Source of the DNA: Actinomycetota bacterium
GTDB lineage: Bacteria > Actinomycetota > UBA4738 > HRBIN12
Length of the DNA: 64,000 nucleotides
Direction of reading: 5' to 3'
Assembly (NCBI GenBank): GCA_016201135.1
Contig: JACQDK010000073.1
Location: forward strand, 2,416 to 66,415
Shown: in pieces, positions 27,639-37,821 of the stretch
Layout: every line of letters begins with the position of its first letter
How positions within the stretch are numbered: the stretch's first letter is position 1
Translations under genes and position numbers: made by a program
Notes under the pieces: generated by a model
The model's database searches: none
Seen by the model: only the letters and a program-made list of their open reading frames with translations
Told to the model about the DNA's origin: nothing

Positions 27639-27810
27639 TCAGGCAACTCGGCCCCAGGAACGGCTGCTCACCCAGAGCTCTGGGCCGGGCTCACCCCGGT
27701 TCGTACGCTGTAACCTTCGCCTCCGCGAAGGTTCCAGCCTGCGAACCGCGGGCGCGACGAAGTACTGCTGGATCGATGCCCCAGACCCTCGACGATCCGC
27801 AGATAGGGGA
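27639..27810 (-). pseudogene. C-terminal remnant of a probable large serine recombinase (repeat copy B)
   Basis: LRIVEG / ASIQQYFVAPAVRRLEPSRRRRLQRTNRGEPGPELWVSSRSWGRVA*; homologous to 3698-3785. Confidence 0.55.
27697..27748. other. Palindromic attP-like site
   Basis: 24-bp arms (21/24 complementary) around a central CTCC. Confidence 0.65.
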
Positions 27811-27876
27811 CGTGGGAGATCTGGTCGGCGCAGGTGAGACGGCGGTGCACGCTTCGAACCATCCGGCGCGGAGGAT

Positions 27877-28623
27877 CTATGCGCCGTCCGCGTGGCCGAG
27901 CGCAGCCTTCGTGCGCGCGTGCTCCTCGGGATCCAGGATCTCGAAGTAGCCACGCCCTATCGCCAGCACCGCGCGCGCCGACACTGGGATGTCCCCGATG
28001 CGGGGCGTCTCCCGGCTCCGGATGATGTGGCCGAGATCGACGCCGTCGAACTCGGCCCGCGACCAGACGACGGGGTACATGCGGCGCGGGGAGAGCACGC
28101 CGTACTGACCGTTCGGCATCGTGCCGGACATGCGGACGGATCCGAGCCGCAGGAACGTCTTGGCGGCCCGTTCCATCACGCGATGTAGGGACCGGGAGCG
28201 CCATGTTCGCTCCGGGATCCTCGATCCCATGGCGCTCATGACCGTGAACATCGGCGAGGTCGCCATCTCCATCTCCCAACGACACCGGGGCCGATCCATC
28301 TCGACGGTAAGGTTCATCGGTCCCGTCCAGATCAGGTCGAGCCGACACGGGGTGTTCGCACGAGCTGCCGCACCGTAGTACCGGGGGCAGGTCGTCTCGG
28401 CGAGGGGGCCGTCGTAGTGGATCGACCAATCGCCCTCGGGCGTTCGATGCCAGAGGGTCCGGAACGGAGCGAAGTCGTTCTGCGGGAACACGCGCAGGGC
28501 GAGCACATGTCCCGACGAGAACGGCGCGCCGAAGATCCCCCAGCCGCGAACGTGCTCGAACCCCTTCCAGGGGGACGGCACGACCCCAGGCGTTATCGCG
28601 TTGACCTCCGCGGCCAGATCCAC
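27877..28623 (-). CDS. Hypothetical protein
   Basis: Protein-like composition: GAPFSSGHVLALRVFP, TCPRYYG; start uncertain. Confidence 0.7.
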   Translation of the reverse strand: MDLAAEVNAITPGVVPSPWKGFEHVRGWGIFGAPFSSGHVLALRVFPQNDFAPFRTLWHRTPEGDWSIHYDGPLAETTCPRYYGAAARANTPCRLDLIWTGPMNLTVEMDRPRCRWEMEMATSPMFTVMSAMGSRIPERTWRSRSLHRVMERAAKTFLRLGSVRMSGTMPNGQYGVLSPRRMYPVVWSRAEFDGVDLGHIIRSRETPRIGDIPVSARAVLAIGRGYFEILDPEEHARTKAALGHADGA

Positions 28624-28753
28624 GGGCTCATCTTGGTCTCTGGGTGCCGCGAGGGCAAACGGACTCGCCGGCTCCTCGGGGCGGCTCTGATCGAGATGCG
28701 TCAGGCACGTCGAGGCTCCAACGCTCGGCGTCACCGGGCTGCGAGGTGATGAC

Positions 28754-28930
28754 TTACCTCTGATCGCGCGGCACGGCCTCGAGCGAGTCCAGAAGTCCGT
28801 GCTGCAGGGCGAAGAGGGTGGCGGTCGATCGGGTCGACGCGCCGATCTTGGCGTAGATGCGCTCGATGTGAGTGCCGGCGGTCTTGGCCGTGATGCCCAA
28901 CGCCTGGGCGACCTGGCGATCCACATCGGT
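28754..28930 (-). pseudogene. LuxR-type HTH C-terminal fragment
   Basis: RQVAQALGITAKTAGTHIERIYAKIGASTRSTATLFALQHGLL without an N-terminal domain. Confidence 0.75.
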
Positions 28931-28979
28931 ACTCCGGTTCCCAGGCGGCGAACGGTGCGCGCCAGAAGATGCCGCTGAA

Positions 28980-29100
28980 GGTGTGCACGCTTTGGCGCGA
29001 TACGCCGAGGCGCCGAGCGACCTCAGAGACCTGCCAGCGATCCTGCACCACCGCCAGCACCGCCTGACACCGCTGCTCCATGACACACCGAGCTCCACCC
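28980..29100 (-). mobile_element. IS481-family transposase N-terminal fragment
   Basis: EQRCQAVLAVVQDRWQVSEVARRLGVSRQSVHT. Confidence 0.65.
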
Positions 29101-29333
29101 GGATCCGAGCATCACGTCACGCGGCTCCACGCCGCCCGACCCCAGCGGCGAGCATCCACCCGGACACTCGGACATGGAGCGTCGTGGTTCTCACTGCGTT
29201 CCCTTCGCCTCCACCACGAGGCGGTTGGTCGATCGGGCCGGCCACGGCTGCTGCCGTTCGCCCGGTCACCCCAGATGCGCCCTGGAGATCCGCTGCCCAG
29301 ACGTTCACCCGGCGTCGGGGCTAGGATGCCCGA

Positions 29334-29822
29334 GTGGATGCAGACAGCCTGCTCGCCCTCGTCCGGTTCCACGCGTGGGCGAACGACCGGATCCTGACGA
29401 CGGCGGCCGGCCTGTCGGATGAGGAGTTCCGGAGGACGGCGGATCTCGACCACGGCAGCGCCCTCCAGACGCTCCGGCACGTCGTCGACGTCGACTGGAG
29501 CTGGCGCGAGTTCTGCATCGGGAACGACGTTGGAGATACCTACGTGTGGGACCACGGGTATGCGCTAGACGACCTCCCGGCCATCCACGCGTTCTGCCTC
29601 GAAGAGGACAACCGCCTGCGGAGCTACGTGGAGTCCCTCGACGATGCGGCGCTGACCGAGTCGCTGGTGGGGAGCGCGGACTTCGCGAGGCCACGATGGC
29701 TGATCGTCGCCCACGTCGTGAACCACGGAACGCAGCATCGCAGCGAGCTCGCTCGCTACCTCACAGAGTGCGGCCACTCACCGGGCGAACTCGACCTCCT
29801 GGACGCGCTCGAGCTGCAGTGA
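29334..29822 (+). CDS. DinB family protein
   Basis: HAWANDRIL, TLRHVV, HVVNHGTQHR. Confidence 0.9.
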   Translation: MDADSLLALVRFHAWANDRILTTAAGLSDEEFRRTADLDHGSALQTLRHVVDVDWSWREFCIGNDVGDTYVWDHGYALDDLPAIHAFCLEEDNRLRSYVESLDDAALTESLVGSADFARPRWLIVAHVVNHGTQHRSELARYLTECGHSPGELDLLDALELQ

Positions 29823-29942
29823 CCGGGCGACCCCGGTGGGCCGGCTGACCGATGAGGAGCGGATGTCCGGCGGGAGCCTGACCGATACTCTTCCGGCAAG
29901 CCCTCGATCTCCGCGAGCGAGCGAACAGGATGGGAGCTGCGG

Positions 29943-30503
29943 ATGGGCAAGCTGATCTACTCGATGAACGTGTCGCTCGACGGCTACGTCGAGACCCCCG
30001 ACCACGCTCTCGACTGGGCGAACGTTGACGATGAGCTGCACACGTGGTTCAACGATCGCGCGCGCGAGTCGGACGCGTTCCTCTACGGTCGACGGCTGTA
30101 CGAGGTGATGACCGCGTACTGGCCGACCGCGGAGTCCGACCCATCGGCAACGGACGCCATGCTCGACTTCGCCCGGATCTGGAACGAGAAGCTGAAGGTC
30201 GTCTTCTCGTCGACCCTCGCCACCGTCGATCGGAACAGCCGGCTCGTGAGCGGCGACGTCGGCGACGAGCTCGCGCGGCTCCGGACCGAGTTCGACGGCG
30301 ATCTCGACGTCGGTGGCCCGACACTGGCCTCGGCGTTCATCCGCCAGGGCCTGGTCGACGAATATCGGCTTCTCGTCCACCCGATCGTCCTGGGAGCCGG
30401 GACCCCATTCTTCCCGAAGCTCGAGACCCCTATCCGCCTCCGGCGGTCGGAGACCCGGACGTTCGACTCCGGAGTGATGTATCTGGGCTACGCCCCGCGA
30501 TAG
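29943..30503 (+). CDS. Dihydrofolate reductase/RibD-C family protein
   Basis: SLDGY, GRRLYE, GGPTLA, LVDEY. Confidence 0.9.
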   Translation: MGKLIYSMNVSLDGYVETPDHALDWANVDDELHTWFNDRARESDAFLYGRRLYEVMTAYWPTAESDPSATDAMLDFARIWNEKLKVVFSSTLATVDRNSRLVSGDVGDELARLRTEFDGDLDVGGPTLASAFIRQGLVDEYRLLVHPIVLGAGTPFFPKLETPIRLRRSETRTFDSGVMYLGYAPR

Positions 30504-30842
30504 CGAGAGTCGTGCTCGGTCGACAGCCACGATCTCCTTGTCGTGTGAGTTCGCGCTTTCGGCCGGGTGAACACAAGGGGAGAAGGTATGGACGACGCTC
30601 ACCCACTGTGGCCTCCCCCCCAGACTCTTTGGCCCGCGATCCTACAACGCGCCCTTGCCAGGATTCTCCTCGGTCGGCAAGCCCATCTCATGGCCGCGAT
30701 CAGATGACCCCGCCCACCTACGAGCATCGACCCACACTCTTTGACCTGAGGCTTTGCCGGCTCGTCGAGCATCGCAGCCGCGATGACCGGTTGACCTCCC
30801 GTTGCGATCGGGAGGACCCGACGGTTCGCATAGGATGCGTTC

Positions 30843-31571
30843 GTGACCGACTTCCATGAGGAGGCCCTCGCGGCGTTCCGCTCGGGCGACGACGAGCGCA
30901 CTCGGGAGCTGAGCGAAGAGGCGCTCGCCGCGGCGCGAGCCTCGGGGGCGGTGGAGGCCGAAGTGGACGCGCTGTGCTGGCTGGCGCGCGTTGCGCTCCG
31001 GGACGGTGACGTGCGGCGAGTGCGGGCCCTGGCCGAGGAGGCAGAGGCCATGGCTCGCGGGCAGGGCGATGAGCGGCTCGGGCAGATGCCTCTTCACATG
31101 CGGGCTGTCGCCGCGCGTATGGACGGCGACCACGCGGTCGCCCGCCGCCTCTACGAAAGAAGCATCGAGCTGAACCGGCGACTGGGTGACGAACGGATGG
31201 TCGCTGGTGAGCTCAGCAACCTCGCGTACGTCGAACTGCACGACGGGCGAGCCGCGCGTGCGAAGGAGTTGTTCGCAGAGGCTCTTGAGGAGGCGCGAAG
31301 GCTCACCTACGACGCGTTCCTCCCCTATCTGGTGGGAGACGCCGCGGTGGTCGCCGCGGAGGAAGGAGACGCCGAGCGGGCAGCCCGTCTGGCCGGTGCG
31401 GCGAGCGCGGCGTTCCTCGCCGCCGGCCAGGTCCTCGATCCGGACGATGCGGCCGAGCAGGATCGGCTCCTGACGAAGTTGGCCGGCAGCTTGGGAGAGG
31501 AGCGCTTCAGGGCCGCCTACGACGAGGGAGCGCGGCTGACGATCGACGAGGCGCTCGCCACAGGCATGTAG
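30843..31571 (+). CDS. TPR-like helical protein
   Basis: Repeating A..G....A..L...AL pattern. Confidence 0.7.
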   Translation: MTDFHEEALAAFRSGDDERTRELSEEALAAARASGAVEAEVDALCWLARVALRDGDVRRVRALAEEAEAMARGQGDERLGQMPLHMRAVAARMDGDHAVARRLYERSIELNRRLGDERMVAGELSNLAYVELHDGRAARAKELFAEALEEARRLTYDAFLPYLVGDAAVVAAEEGDAERAARLAGAASAAFLAAGQVLDPDDAAEQDRLLTKLAGSLGEERFRAAYDEGARLTIDEALATGM

Positions 31572-31712
31572 AGCCACGACGTCCTCGACGTTCCGGCCCA
31601 CGTCCTCGAAGCCTTGCCCCCGGGTCTTCTCGCCGGCGTGGAGTAGGCCCTTCCCGGCGAGCGCCGAGGTCACATGCTTGCCGGGCCCTCCTCGGCGAAG
31701 TGTAATCACCTC

Positions 31713-32012
31713 ATGGTCGATCCCCGCCCTCCTGTCACTGTGCCACCCAGGCGGTCACCGCTCGTGATGGTCGCGGTCGTGACGCTCGTCGCGGCCCTCC
31801 TGCTGGCGTTCACCCTGCCCGATCGCGAGCCGAAGATCATCCCGTGCCCGCCATCGCTCGCGGGCCAGGGGCTCGCCGGGTGCGACATCCGGGTGGACCA
31901 CCGCATGCCCGAGCGGATCGCGATCGTCGCGGTCGGCGCCGGCGTCGCCGTCCTGCTGATCGCGGCCTCGCGGCGCATGAGCCGCCGGGCGGGAGAGACT
32001 CCTCCCTCATAG
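31713..32012 (+). CDS. Small two-TM hypothetical protein
   Basis: Two hydrophobic segments flanking a loop with two Cys. Confidence 0.5.
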   Translation: MVDPRPPVTVPPRRSPLVMVAVVTLVAALLLAFTLPDREPKIIPCPPSLAGQGLAGCDIRVDHRMPERIAIVAVGAGVAVLLIAASRRMSRRAGETPPS

Positions 32013-32074
32013 CGAGCCAAAGCCGAGCCCCCAGGGCTTACGATGCCTGAGTCAGGTCAGGCAGAGGGGAACCC

Positions 32075-32914
32075 GTGGACGTCTTCATCTCGATCGACAT
32101 GGAGGGGATCGCCGGCATCACCACGATCCGGCAGACCTACCGCGGCACCGACGACTACTCGTGGGCGCGGGAGCTGATGACCGAGGAGGCCAACGCCGCC
32201 ACAGGGGGGGCGTTCGATGCCGGGGCCGACCGGGTCGTGGTCTCGGACTCGCACGGCGACATGGCGAACCTGCTGCCCCACAAGCTGGACCAGCGCGCCG
32301 AGCTGGTCCAGGGCACGCCCAAGCTCCCGCACAGCATGATGACCGGCATCGAGGTCGGGTACGACTGCGCGCTCTTCCTCGGCTACCACGCCGGAGCAGG
32401 GACCCAGGCCGCGATCCTCGACCACACCTACGCGGGCTTCTTCACCGACGTGCGGGTGAACGGGGAATCATGGAACGAGACCGTGCTGAACGCCGCGCTC
32501 GCGGGGACGTTCGGCGTTCCCGTTGCGCTCGTCGTCGGCGACCGGGCGTGCTGCCAGCAGGCGGAGGCGGCGCTGCCCGGCGTGCGAACCGTCGCCGTTA
32601 AGGAGGCCTTCGGGCAGCGCGTGGGGCGCTCGCTCTCCCCCGAGTGGGCGCGCACGGTGATCCGGAGCGCCGCGGAGCAGGCGGTGGCCGCCGCGGGGTC
32701 GCTGCGGCCGTTCCGCCCCAAGCCCCCCTACACGTTCGAGGTCGATGGCATCTCGACAGCGATAGCCGACATGGGGATGCTCGTGCCGCGCACCGAGCGG
32801 CCTGCCGGGCGCACGCTGCGCTACGAGACGGACGACATGCGGGAGCTGTATCAGGTGCTGCTCGCGTGGATGAGCCTCGGGGCACGGGTGGCGCCCCGCT
32901 ACCAGATCGACTGA
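32075..32914 (+). CDS. M55 family D-aminopeptidase (DppA-like)
   Basis: SIDMEG, DSHG, GYHA, LDHTY. Confidence 0.92.
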   Translation: MDVFISIDMEGIAGITTIRQTYRGTDDYSWARELMTEEANAATGGAFDAGADRVVVSDSHGDMANLLPHKLDQRAELVQGTPKLPHSMMTGIEVGYDCALFLGYHAGAGTQAAILDHTYAGFFTDVRVNGESWNETVLNAALAGTFGVPVALVVGDRACCQQAEAALPGVRTVAVKEAFGQRVGRSLSPEWARTVIRSAAEQAVAAAGSLRPFRPKPPYTFEVDGISTAIADMGMLVPRTERPAGRTLRYETDDMRELYQVLLAWMSLGARVAPRYQID

Positions 32915-32931
32915 ACGGGCGCCCCAGTCCC

Positions 32932-34050
32932 TCAGGGAACCGGCTGGCTCTCCTCGGCTTGCTCCATGGGAAGCCAGCACTCGAGCGTCGTCCCCGAGCC
33001 GGGCGAGCTGTGAACGCGCGCCCAGCCGCCGGCGATCTCCGCCCGCTCGATCGTGGTCGCCAGACCGAGATGCCCGGGAGTCGCGCGGGTGAGGGCCAGC
33101 GGATCGAACCCCTTCCCGTCGTCGCGCACCCGCAGGATCACGCCGGTGCCGGCCGTGGCCACCGTGACGTCCATCTCCGAGGCCGCCGCGTGCTTGCGCA
33201 CGTTCATCACCGCCTCCTGGGCGATGCGGTAGATCACTGCCCGCAGATCGGGCGCGGGCTCCTCGAGGAGCCCGTCCGCGTCGAGCATCCACGAGAGCCC
33301 CGTGCGCGCCGCCGTGTGCTCCAGGAACTGACGCAGGGCCACAGCGAGCCCCTCCTGGTCGAGGGAGAAGGGCCGGAGCTGGAAGAGCAGGTGGCGCAAC
33401 CGCTCGATCGCATCCTGCACGATCCCGTGGAGCTCCAGCAGGGAGGCGGCGTTGGCGCCTCCCTCCAGCGCGAGGGTCTGAAGGCGCATGTCGACCGCGC
33501 TCATCACCTGGATCGAGTCGTCGTGGATGTCGGAGGCGATCCGGCGCCGCTCCTGCTCCTGCGCGTTCTCCAGGCGCTCCATCAGCTCGCGACGCTGCTG
33601 GCTGGTGCGGCGAAGGACCTCCAGGCTCCAGCGGAGCTTCTCCTCCGCCTCCTTCTCGTTGGTGATGTCGAGCATGATCCCGCGCCAGTGCAGCGGCTCG
33701 CCGTCCTCGTCGCGGACGAGGACGGCCTCGTCCCGGAGCCACACGACCCGCCCGTCCTTCGCAATCATCCGGTACTCGGACAGGAACCGATCGCTCGTCT
33801 GGTTCGTCCGGCGGTTCTCCTCGATCACGCGCTGGACGTCGTCCGGATGGATCTGCTGGAGCCAGAGCTCGGGCGTGCTCCCCCACTCCTCCTGGGTGAA
33901 CCCGAGCAGGTCCACGGCCTGGGGGCTCGTGTAGAAGTTCGTGGAGTACTCGTCGGGCTTGTCGATGTACAGGATCGCCGGGATGCCCTCGACGAGAGCG
34001 CGGTGGAGGTCCAGATCCTCCAGCTCCCGCGGTCGATCGACCTCGCTCAC
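32932..34050 (-). CDS. PAS-domain sensor histidine kinase (HisKA_3)
   Basis: IHPDD, ERRRIASDIHD, QEAVMNVRKHA, DDGKGF. Confidence 0.92.
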   Translation of the reverse strand: MSEVDRPRELEDLDLHRALVEGIPAILYIDKPDEYSTNFYTSPQAVDLLGFTQEEWGSTPELWLQQIHPDDVQRVIEENRRTNQTSDRFLSEYRMIAKDGRVVWLRDEAVLVRDEDGEPLHWRGIMLDITNEKEAEEKLRWSLEVLRRTSQQRRELMERLENAQEQERRRIASDIHDDSIQVMSAVDMRLQTLALEGGANAASLLELHGIVQDAIERLRHLLFQLRPFSLDQEGLAVALRQFLEHTAARTGLSWMLDADGLLEEPAPDLRAVIYRIAQEAVMNVRKHAAASEMDVTVATAGTGVILRVRDDGKGFDPLALTRATPGHLGLATTIERAEIAGGWARVHSSPGSGTTLECWLPMEQAEESQPVP

Positions 34051-35207
34051 AGCCGAGAGACTATCCCGGCGAGCAGCGCCACGCGCGGCACCACGCTCTC
34101 CAGGTCGATCCACTCGGCGGGCGCGTGATCGTCCCCGCCGATCGGGCCGAGGCCGTCGATCGTGGGAGTGCCGGCAGCGCTCGTCGTGTTCGCGTCCGAA
34201 GCTCCGCCCGTGGCAGCGTCGCGGAGCTCGAACCCGAGCTCCGACGCTACGCGGACCGCGATCGCGACCAGGCGCTCGCCGCCTTCCTTCTTCTCCATCG
34301 GCCGGTGCCAGCCGTTGCCGACCACCTCGACCGTCACGTCGGGCACGACGGCCTCAGCGCAGATCCGCCGGATCTCCTCGTCGGCCCCGTCGAGCATCTC
34401 CGCGAGCGCCGAGCGCAGGTCGACTTGCAGCTCGCAGTGCTGCGGGACGACGTTCGTGCGGGTGCCGCCTCGGGCGACACCGACGTTCACCGTCACGCCG
34501 GGCCACCGGCCGTTCAGGGCCTGCAACGCGAGGATCTTGTGCGCCGCCTCGAGCAGGGCGCTCCGGCCCTTCTCCGGCTCGACGCCCGCGTGGGCGGCTC
34601 GGCCGCGGATAGTGATCAGATAGTCGGTGACGCCCTTTCGCGCGGACACGATGTCGCCGTTCGCGCGCGCCCCCTCCAGGACGAGCGCGGCGTCGTTCGC
34701 GGGAGCGAGGTCGCGGATCACCGGGCCCGAGAACGGGGACCCGATCTCCTCGTCCGGGTTGCAGACGAAGGTGATGGTCCCGAACCCGTCGAACCCCGCG
34801 TCCTGAAGCACCTCGACGGCGAAGAACCCGGTGAGCAGGCCGCCCTTCATGTCCGAGACCCCGGGCCCGTAAGCGGTGGTGCCCTCGATCCGGAAGGGGC
34901 GCTCGGCCACGGTCCCGGCGTCGAAGACCGTGTCCATGTGGCCGACGAGCAGCACGTTCGGTCCGCCGGCGCCCTCCAGGCGGCCTATCACAAGGTCCCC
35001 CAGTTGCTGCTCGCCCTCCCCAGGAACGTGGGGGCGGCGCTCCACCTTCCAGCCGCGGGCTTCGAAGCGCTGCTCGCACAGGTCGGCGATCCGGTTCACG
35101 CCGGCGGGCGTGTACGAGCCGCAGTCGACGTTCACCATCTGCTCGAGCGCCGACACGAAGTCCTCGTAACGGCTGAAGGCAAGGTCCCGGATCGTCGTCG
35201 CGTCCAC
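34047..35207 (-). CDS. M20 family peptidase (carboxypeptidase G2-like)
   Basis: GHMDTV, DMKGG, DEEIGS, GGASDAN. Confidence 0.92.
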   Translation of the reverse strand: MDATTIRDLAFSRYEDFVSALEQMVNVDCGSYTPAGVNRIADLCEQRFEARGWKVERRPHVPGEGEQQLGDLVIGRLEGAGGPNVLLVGHMDTVFDAGTVAERPFRIEGTTAYGPGVSDMKGGLLTGFFAVEVLQDAGFDGFGTITFVCNPDEEIGSPFSGPVIRDLAPANDAALVLEGARANGDIVSARKGVTDYLITIRGRAAHAGVEPEKGRSALLEAAHKILALQALNGRWPGVTVNVGVARGGTRTNVVPQHCELQVDLRSALAEMLDGADEEIRRICAEAVVPDVTVEVVGNGWHRPMEKKEGGERLVAIAVRVASELGFELRDAATGGASDANTTSAAGTPTIDGLGPIGGDDHAPAEWIDLESVVPRVALLAGIVSRL

Positions 35208-35296
35208 GCGTCGCAGTATATGGAGGCGAGCGCCCGAGCCGGCCGGACGAGATCCCTTCTGCGTCCAAGCGCGGCGGCGGGTTAGCATCCCGGTCG

Positions 35297-35971
35297 GTGC
35301 CGGGGAGCGATCTGAACGGCTGGTGGAAGCTGGGGCTCCTGATCTTCGCTCCCTTCGCGCGGCTGCTGCTCCGGCTCCGCGTCGAGGGGATCGAGCGCGT
35401 CCCCCTCCAGGGCCCGGCGATCCTTGCCTTCAACCACGTGAGCGTGCTGGACGGGCCGGTGATCGCCATCGAGACCGGGCGCCGTGTTCGCCGGCAGATC
35501 AGGTTCCTGGTGGCCTCCGAGGTCTTCGACCAGCGGGTGGCCGGGTGGATCCTGCGCCGTTTGGTCCAGATCCCGATCCGTCGCGGGGAGGGGGACGAGG
35601 GAGCGCTCGACGAGGCAATCAGGACCGTGCGCTCCGGCGCGCTCGCTGCGGTCGCGCCCGAGGGCCGGGTGAGCGACGACCCGGAGGCCGGACTCCAGCG
35701 CGTCCGGACCGGGGTGGCGAGGATCGCCGTGCCGACCGGGGCCTGCGTCGTCCCCATAGGCATCTGGGGCACTCAGGCGCGGTGGGGACACACTGGCTTC
35801 CGCTGGGGCCGCCCCCTGCGCCCGCACGTGGGGATCTCGGTCGGCGGACCGATCCTCGGGGCCGGCGACGCCGACGACCCGAGCGTGGTGGAGGCGTTCA
35901 CCGAACGGCTCCGCGTGGCTCTGGAACAGCAGGTGGCCGAGGCGCGCCGGCTCGCGCGCGCGAGCGGATGA
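35297..35971 (+). CDS. Lysophospholipid acyltransferase (PlsC family)
   Basis: NHVSVLD, PEG. Confidence 0.9.
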   Translation: MPGSDLNGWWKLGLLIFAPFARLLLRLRVEGIERVPLQGPAILAFNHVSVLDGPVIAIETGRRVRRQIRFLVASEVFDQRVAGWILRRLVQIPIRRGEGDEGALDEAIRTVRSGALAAVAPEGRVSDDPEAGLQRVRTGVARIAVPTGACVVPIGIWGTQARWGHTGFRWGRPLRPHVGISVGGPILGAGDADDPSVVEAFTERLRVALEQQVAEARRLARASG

Positions 35972-37239
35972 CGACCGCCGTCCCGGACAGGGATTCCCGC
36001 TACAGGCGGAAGCTGCTCTTCCTGCTCTCGTCGGCCACGTTCTTCGAGGGCTACGACAACTTCGTGCTGTCGTTCGTGCTCGCGCTCGTGCTGGGAGACC
36101 TCGGGGGCAGCGAGTCCCAGGCGGGATTGATCCGCGCGATCACGTCGGTGGGAACGGTCGTGGCCTTCCTGCTCGCCGCTCAGGCCGACCGGATCGGCCG
36201 CAAGCGCCTGCTGCTCGTCACGATCGTGGGTTACACGGCGAGCGGGCTCTTGACCGCCCTTTCCCCGAACCTCGTCTGGCTCACCGCCGCCCAGTTCCTG
36301 GCGCAGGTGTTCCTGGGCGCCGAGTGGGCCGTCGCGATCACCATCGTCGTCGAGGACTTCCCGAAGGAGGGGCGCGGCCGCGCGCTCGGCATCGTGACCT
36401 CGATGAACACGCTCGGCGGGATCTTCGTCGGCGTGCTCGCGTTCGTCGGGCTTCAGGACCTCACCCCCCTTTCGTGGAGGGCGTTCTACGTCGTCGGCCT
36501 GGTCCCGCTGGTGCTCGTCGGGATCGGGCGGCGCGGGATGCTCGAGACCGAGCGCTATTCGGCCGTGCGAGCCGACCCCGCGGCGGAGCGCCTCGACCAC
36601 ACGAGCATCTGGGAGCCGTGGAAGAAGCCATACCGCGCGAACGTGCTCGGCGTGGGCCTGATGCACTTCTTCCGGTACGCGGCGGTCTCGGCGGGGGCCT
36701 TCTGGTGGGCGTACTACGCGCAGCGGGAGGTGGGGATGTCGGTGTCGCTCTCGGGCCTTTACCTCGCGGCGTCGGGCGTCCTGGGCGCGGCCGGCTTCAT
36801 CGTCGCGGGGAGGCTGATCGACCGCTGGGGCCGGCGACCCACCTTCGTCGTCTACATGGCCGGCGCGATGGTCTTCGGGGCGTGGCTGTTCCAGATCCAC
36901 TCGCAGCTGATGATGCTGCCGGTGCTCTGCGCCACGATCTTCTTCGGGCTCGGGTCCTCGTGCATCACGAGCGCGTTCGCCACGGAGCTCTTCCCGACGT
37001 ACGTGCGGAGCCGCGCCGCCGCGTGGTGCCGCAACGCGTTCGAGATCCCTGGAGGTATCGTCGGGCCCCTCGTGGTCGGGATCCTCGGCGATCACGTGAG
37101 CGGGCCGATCGGCTCGATCGGCGATGCGATGTCGCTGACGCTGGTCGCGTGCATCCCGGCCGCGATCGTGCTCTGCCTCCTCCACGTGCCCGAGACGCGC
37201 GGGGCGGACCTCGTGGCGCTGGACGAGGTGCCCGCATGA
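35968..37239 (+). CDS. MFS transporter
   Basis: ADRIGRK, DRWGRR, ELFPT, PETRG. Confidence 0.9.
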   Translation: MTTAVPDRDSRYRRKLLFLLSSATFFEGYDNFVLSFVLALVLGDLGGSESQAGLIRAITSVGTVVAFLLAAQADRIGRKRLLLVTIVGYTASGLLTALSPNLVWLTAAQFLAQVFLGAEWAVAITIVVEDFPKEGRGRALGIVTSMNTLGGIFVGVLAFVGLQDLTPLSWRAFYVVGLVPLVLVGIGRRGMLETERYSAVRADPAAERLDHTSIWEPWKKPYRANVLGVGLMHFFRYAAVSAGAFWWAYYAQREVGMSVSLSGLYLAASGVLGAAGFIVAGRLIDRWGRRPTFVVYMAGAMVFGAWLFQIHSQLMMLPVLCATIFFGLGSSCITSAFATELFPTYVRSRAAAWCRNAFEIPGGIVGPLVVGILGDHVSGPIGSIGDAMSLTLVACIPAAIVLCLLHVPETRGADLVALDEVPA

Positions 37240-37766
37240 GGCCGCTCCGCCTGGCCGGGCCTGCCGTGCTGATCGGGCTGCTGGCGCTCACGCTCACCGC
37301 GTGCGCCCGAACCGACCGGCCCGAAGGCGTGGTCGAGAGATGGCTGAGCTCCCTCAACCAGGGCGCAGCCGGTGAGCCCGGCAGGTACGCCGCGGGTGGG
37401 GTCTCCGAGCAGGTGCTGCCGGGCTGGAGCGCGCTCGACCCCGGAGAGCTGGACGTGATCGAGGTCGGACTCGGACGCCCGACCGGGGCGGCTGGGGAGC
37501 CGTCCTACGTGGTCCCCTTCAGGGTCGTCACGAGCACCGGCCAGACGCGCCGGCTGGACGCCCTGCTCACTTCCCAGGAGGGGACATGGCGTATCGAGGC
37601 CCTCCGCGACCCGGGGAACCCGCCGGATCCCAAGCTCCCTTCGGAGGGCGGGCCGAGGATCGAGACGGCGCATGCGGCCCTGTGGGTTGCGGCAGCCGCC
37701 GCGGCCGCCGCGTTCATGGTCGTGTCGCTGGGCCTGATGGCGCTGGTGAGGAAGGGGTCCGGATAG
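37236..37766 (+). CDS. Putative lipoprotein
   Basis: Lipobox LTAC and a C-terminal TM. Confidence 0.65.
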   Translation: MRPLRLAGPAVLIGLLALTLTACARTDRPEGVVERWLSSLNQGAAGEPGRYAAGGVSEQVLPGWSALDPGELDVIEVGLGRPTGAAGEPSYVVPFRVVTSTGQTRRLDALLTSQEGTWRIEALRDPGNPPDPKLPSEGGPRIETAHAALWVAAAAAAAAFMVVSLGLMALVRKGSG

Positions 37767-37798
37767 CGAGAGGCCGGGCCCGAAGGCCCGGCCTCTCG
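37767..37798. terminator. Hairpin between convergent genes
   Basis: CGAGAGGCCGGGCC-CGAA-GGCCCGGCCTCTCG, 14-bp stem. Confidence 0.75.
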
Positions 37799-37821
37799 GC
37801 GGTTCCGCAGGTCGCTCGCCG

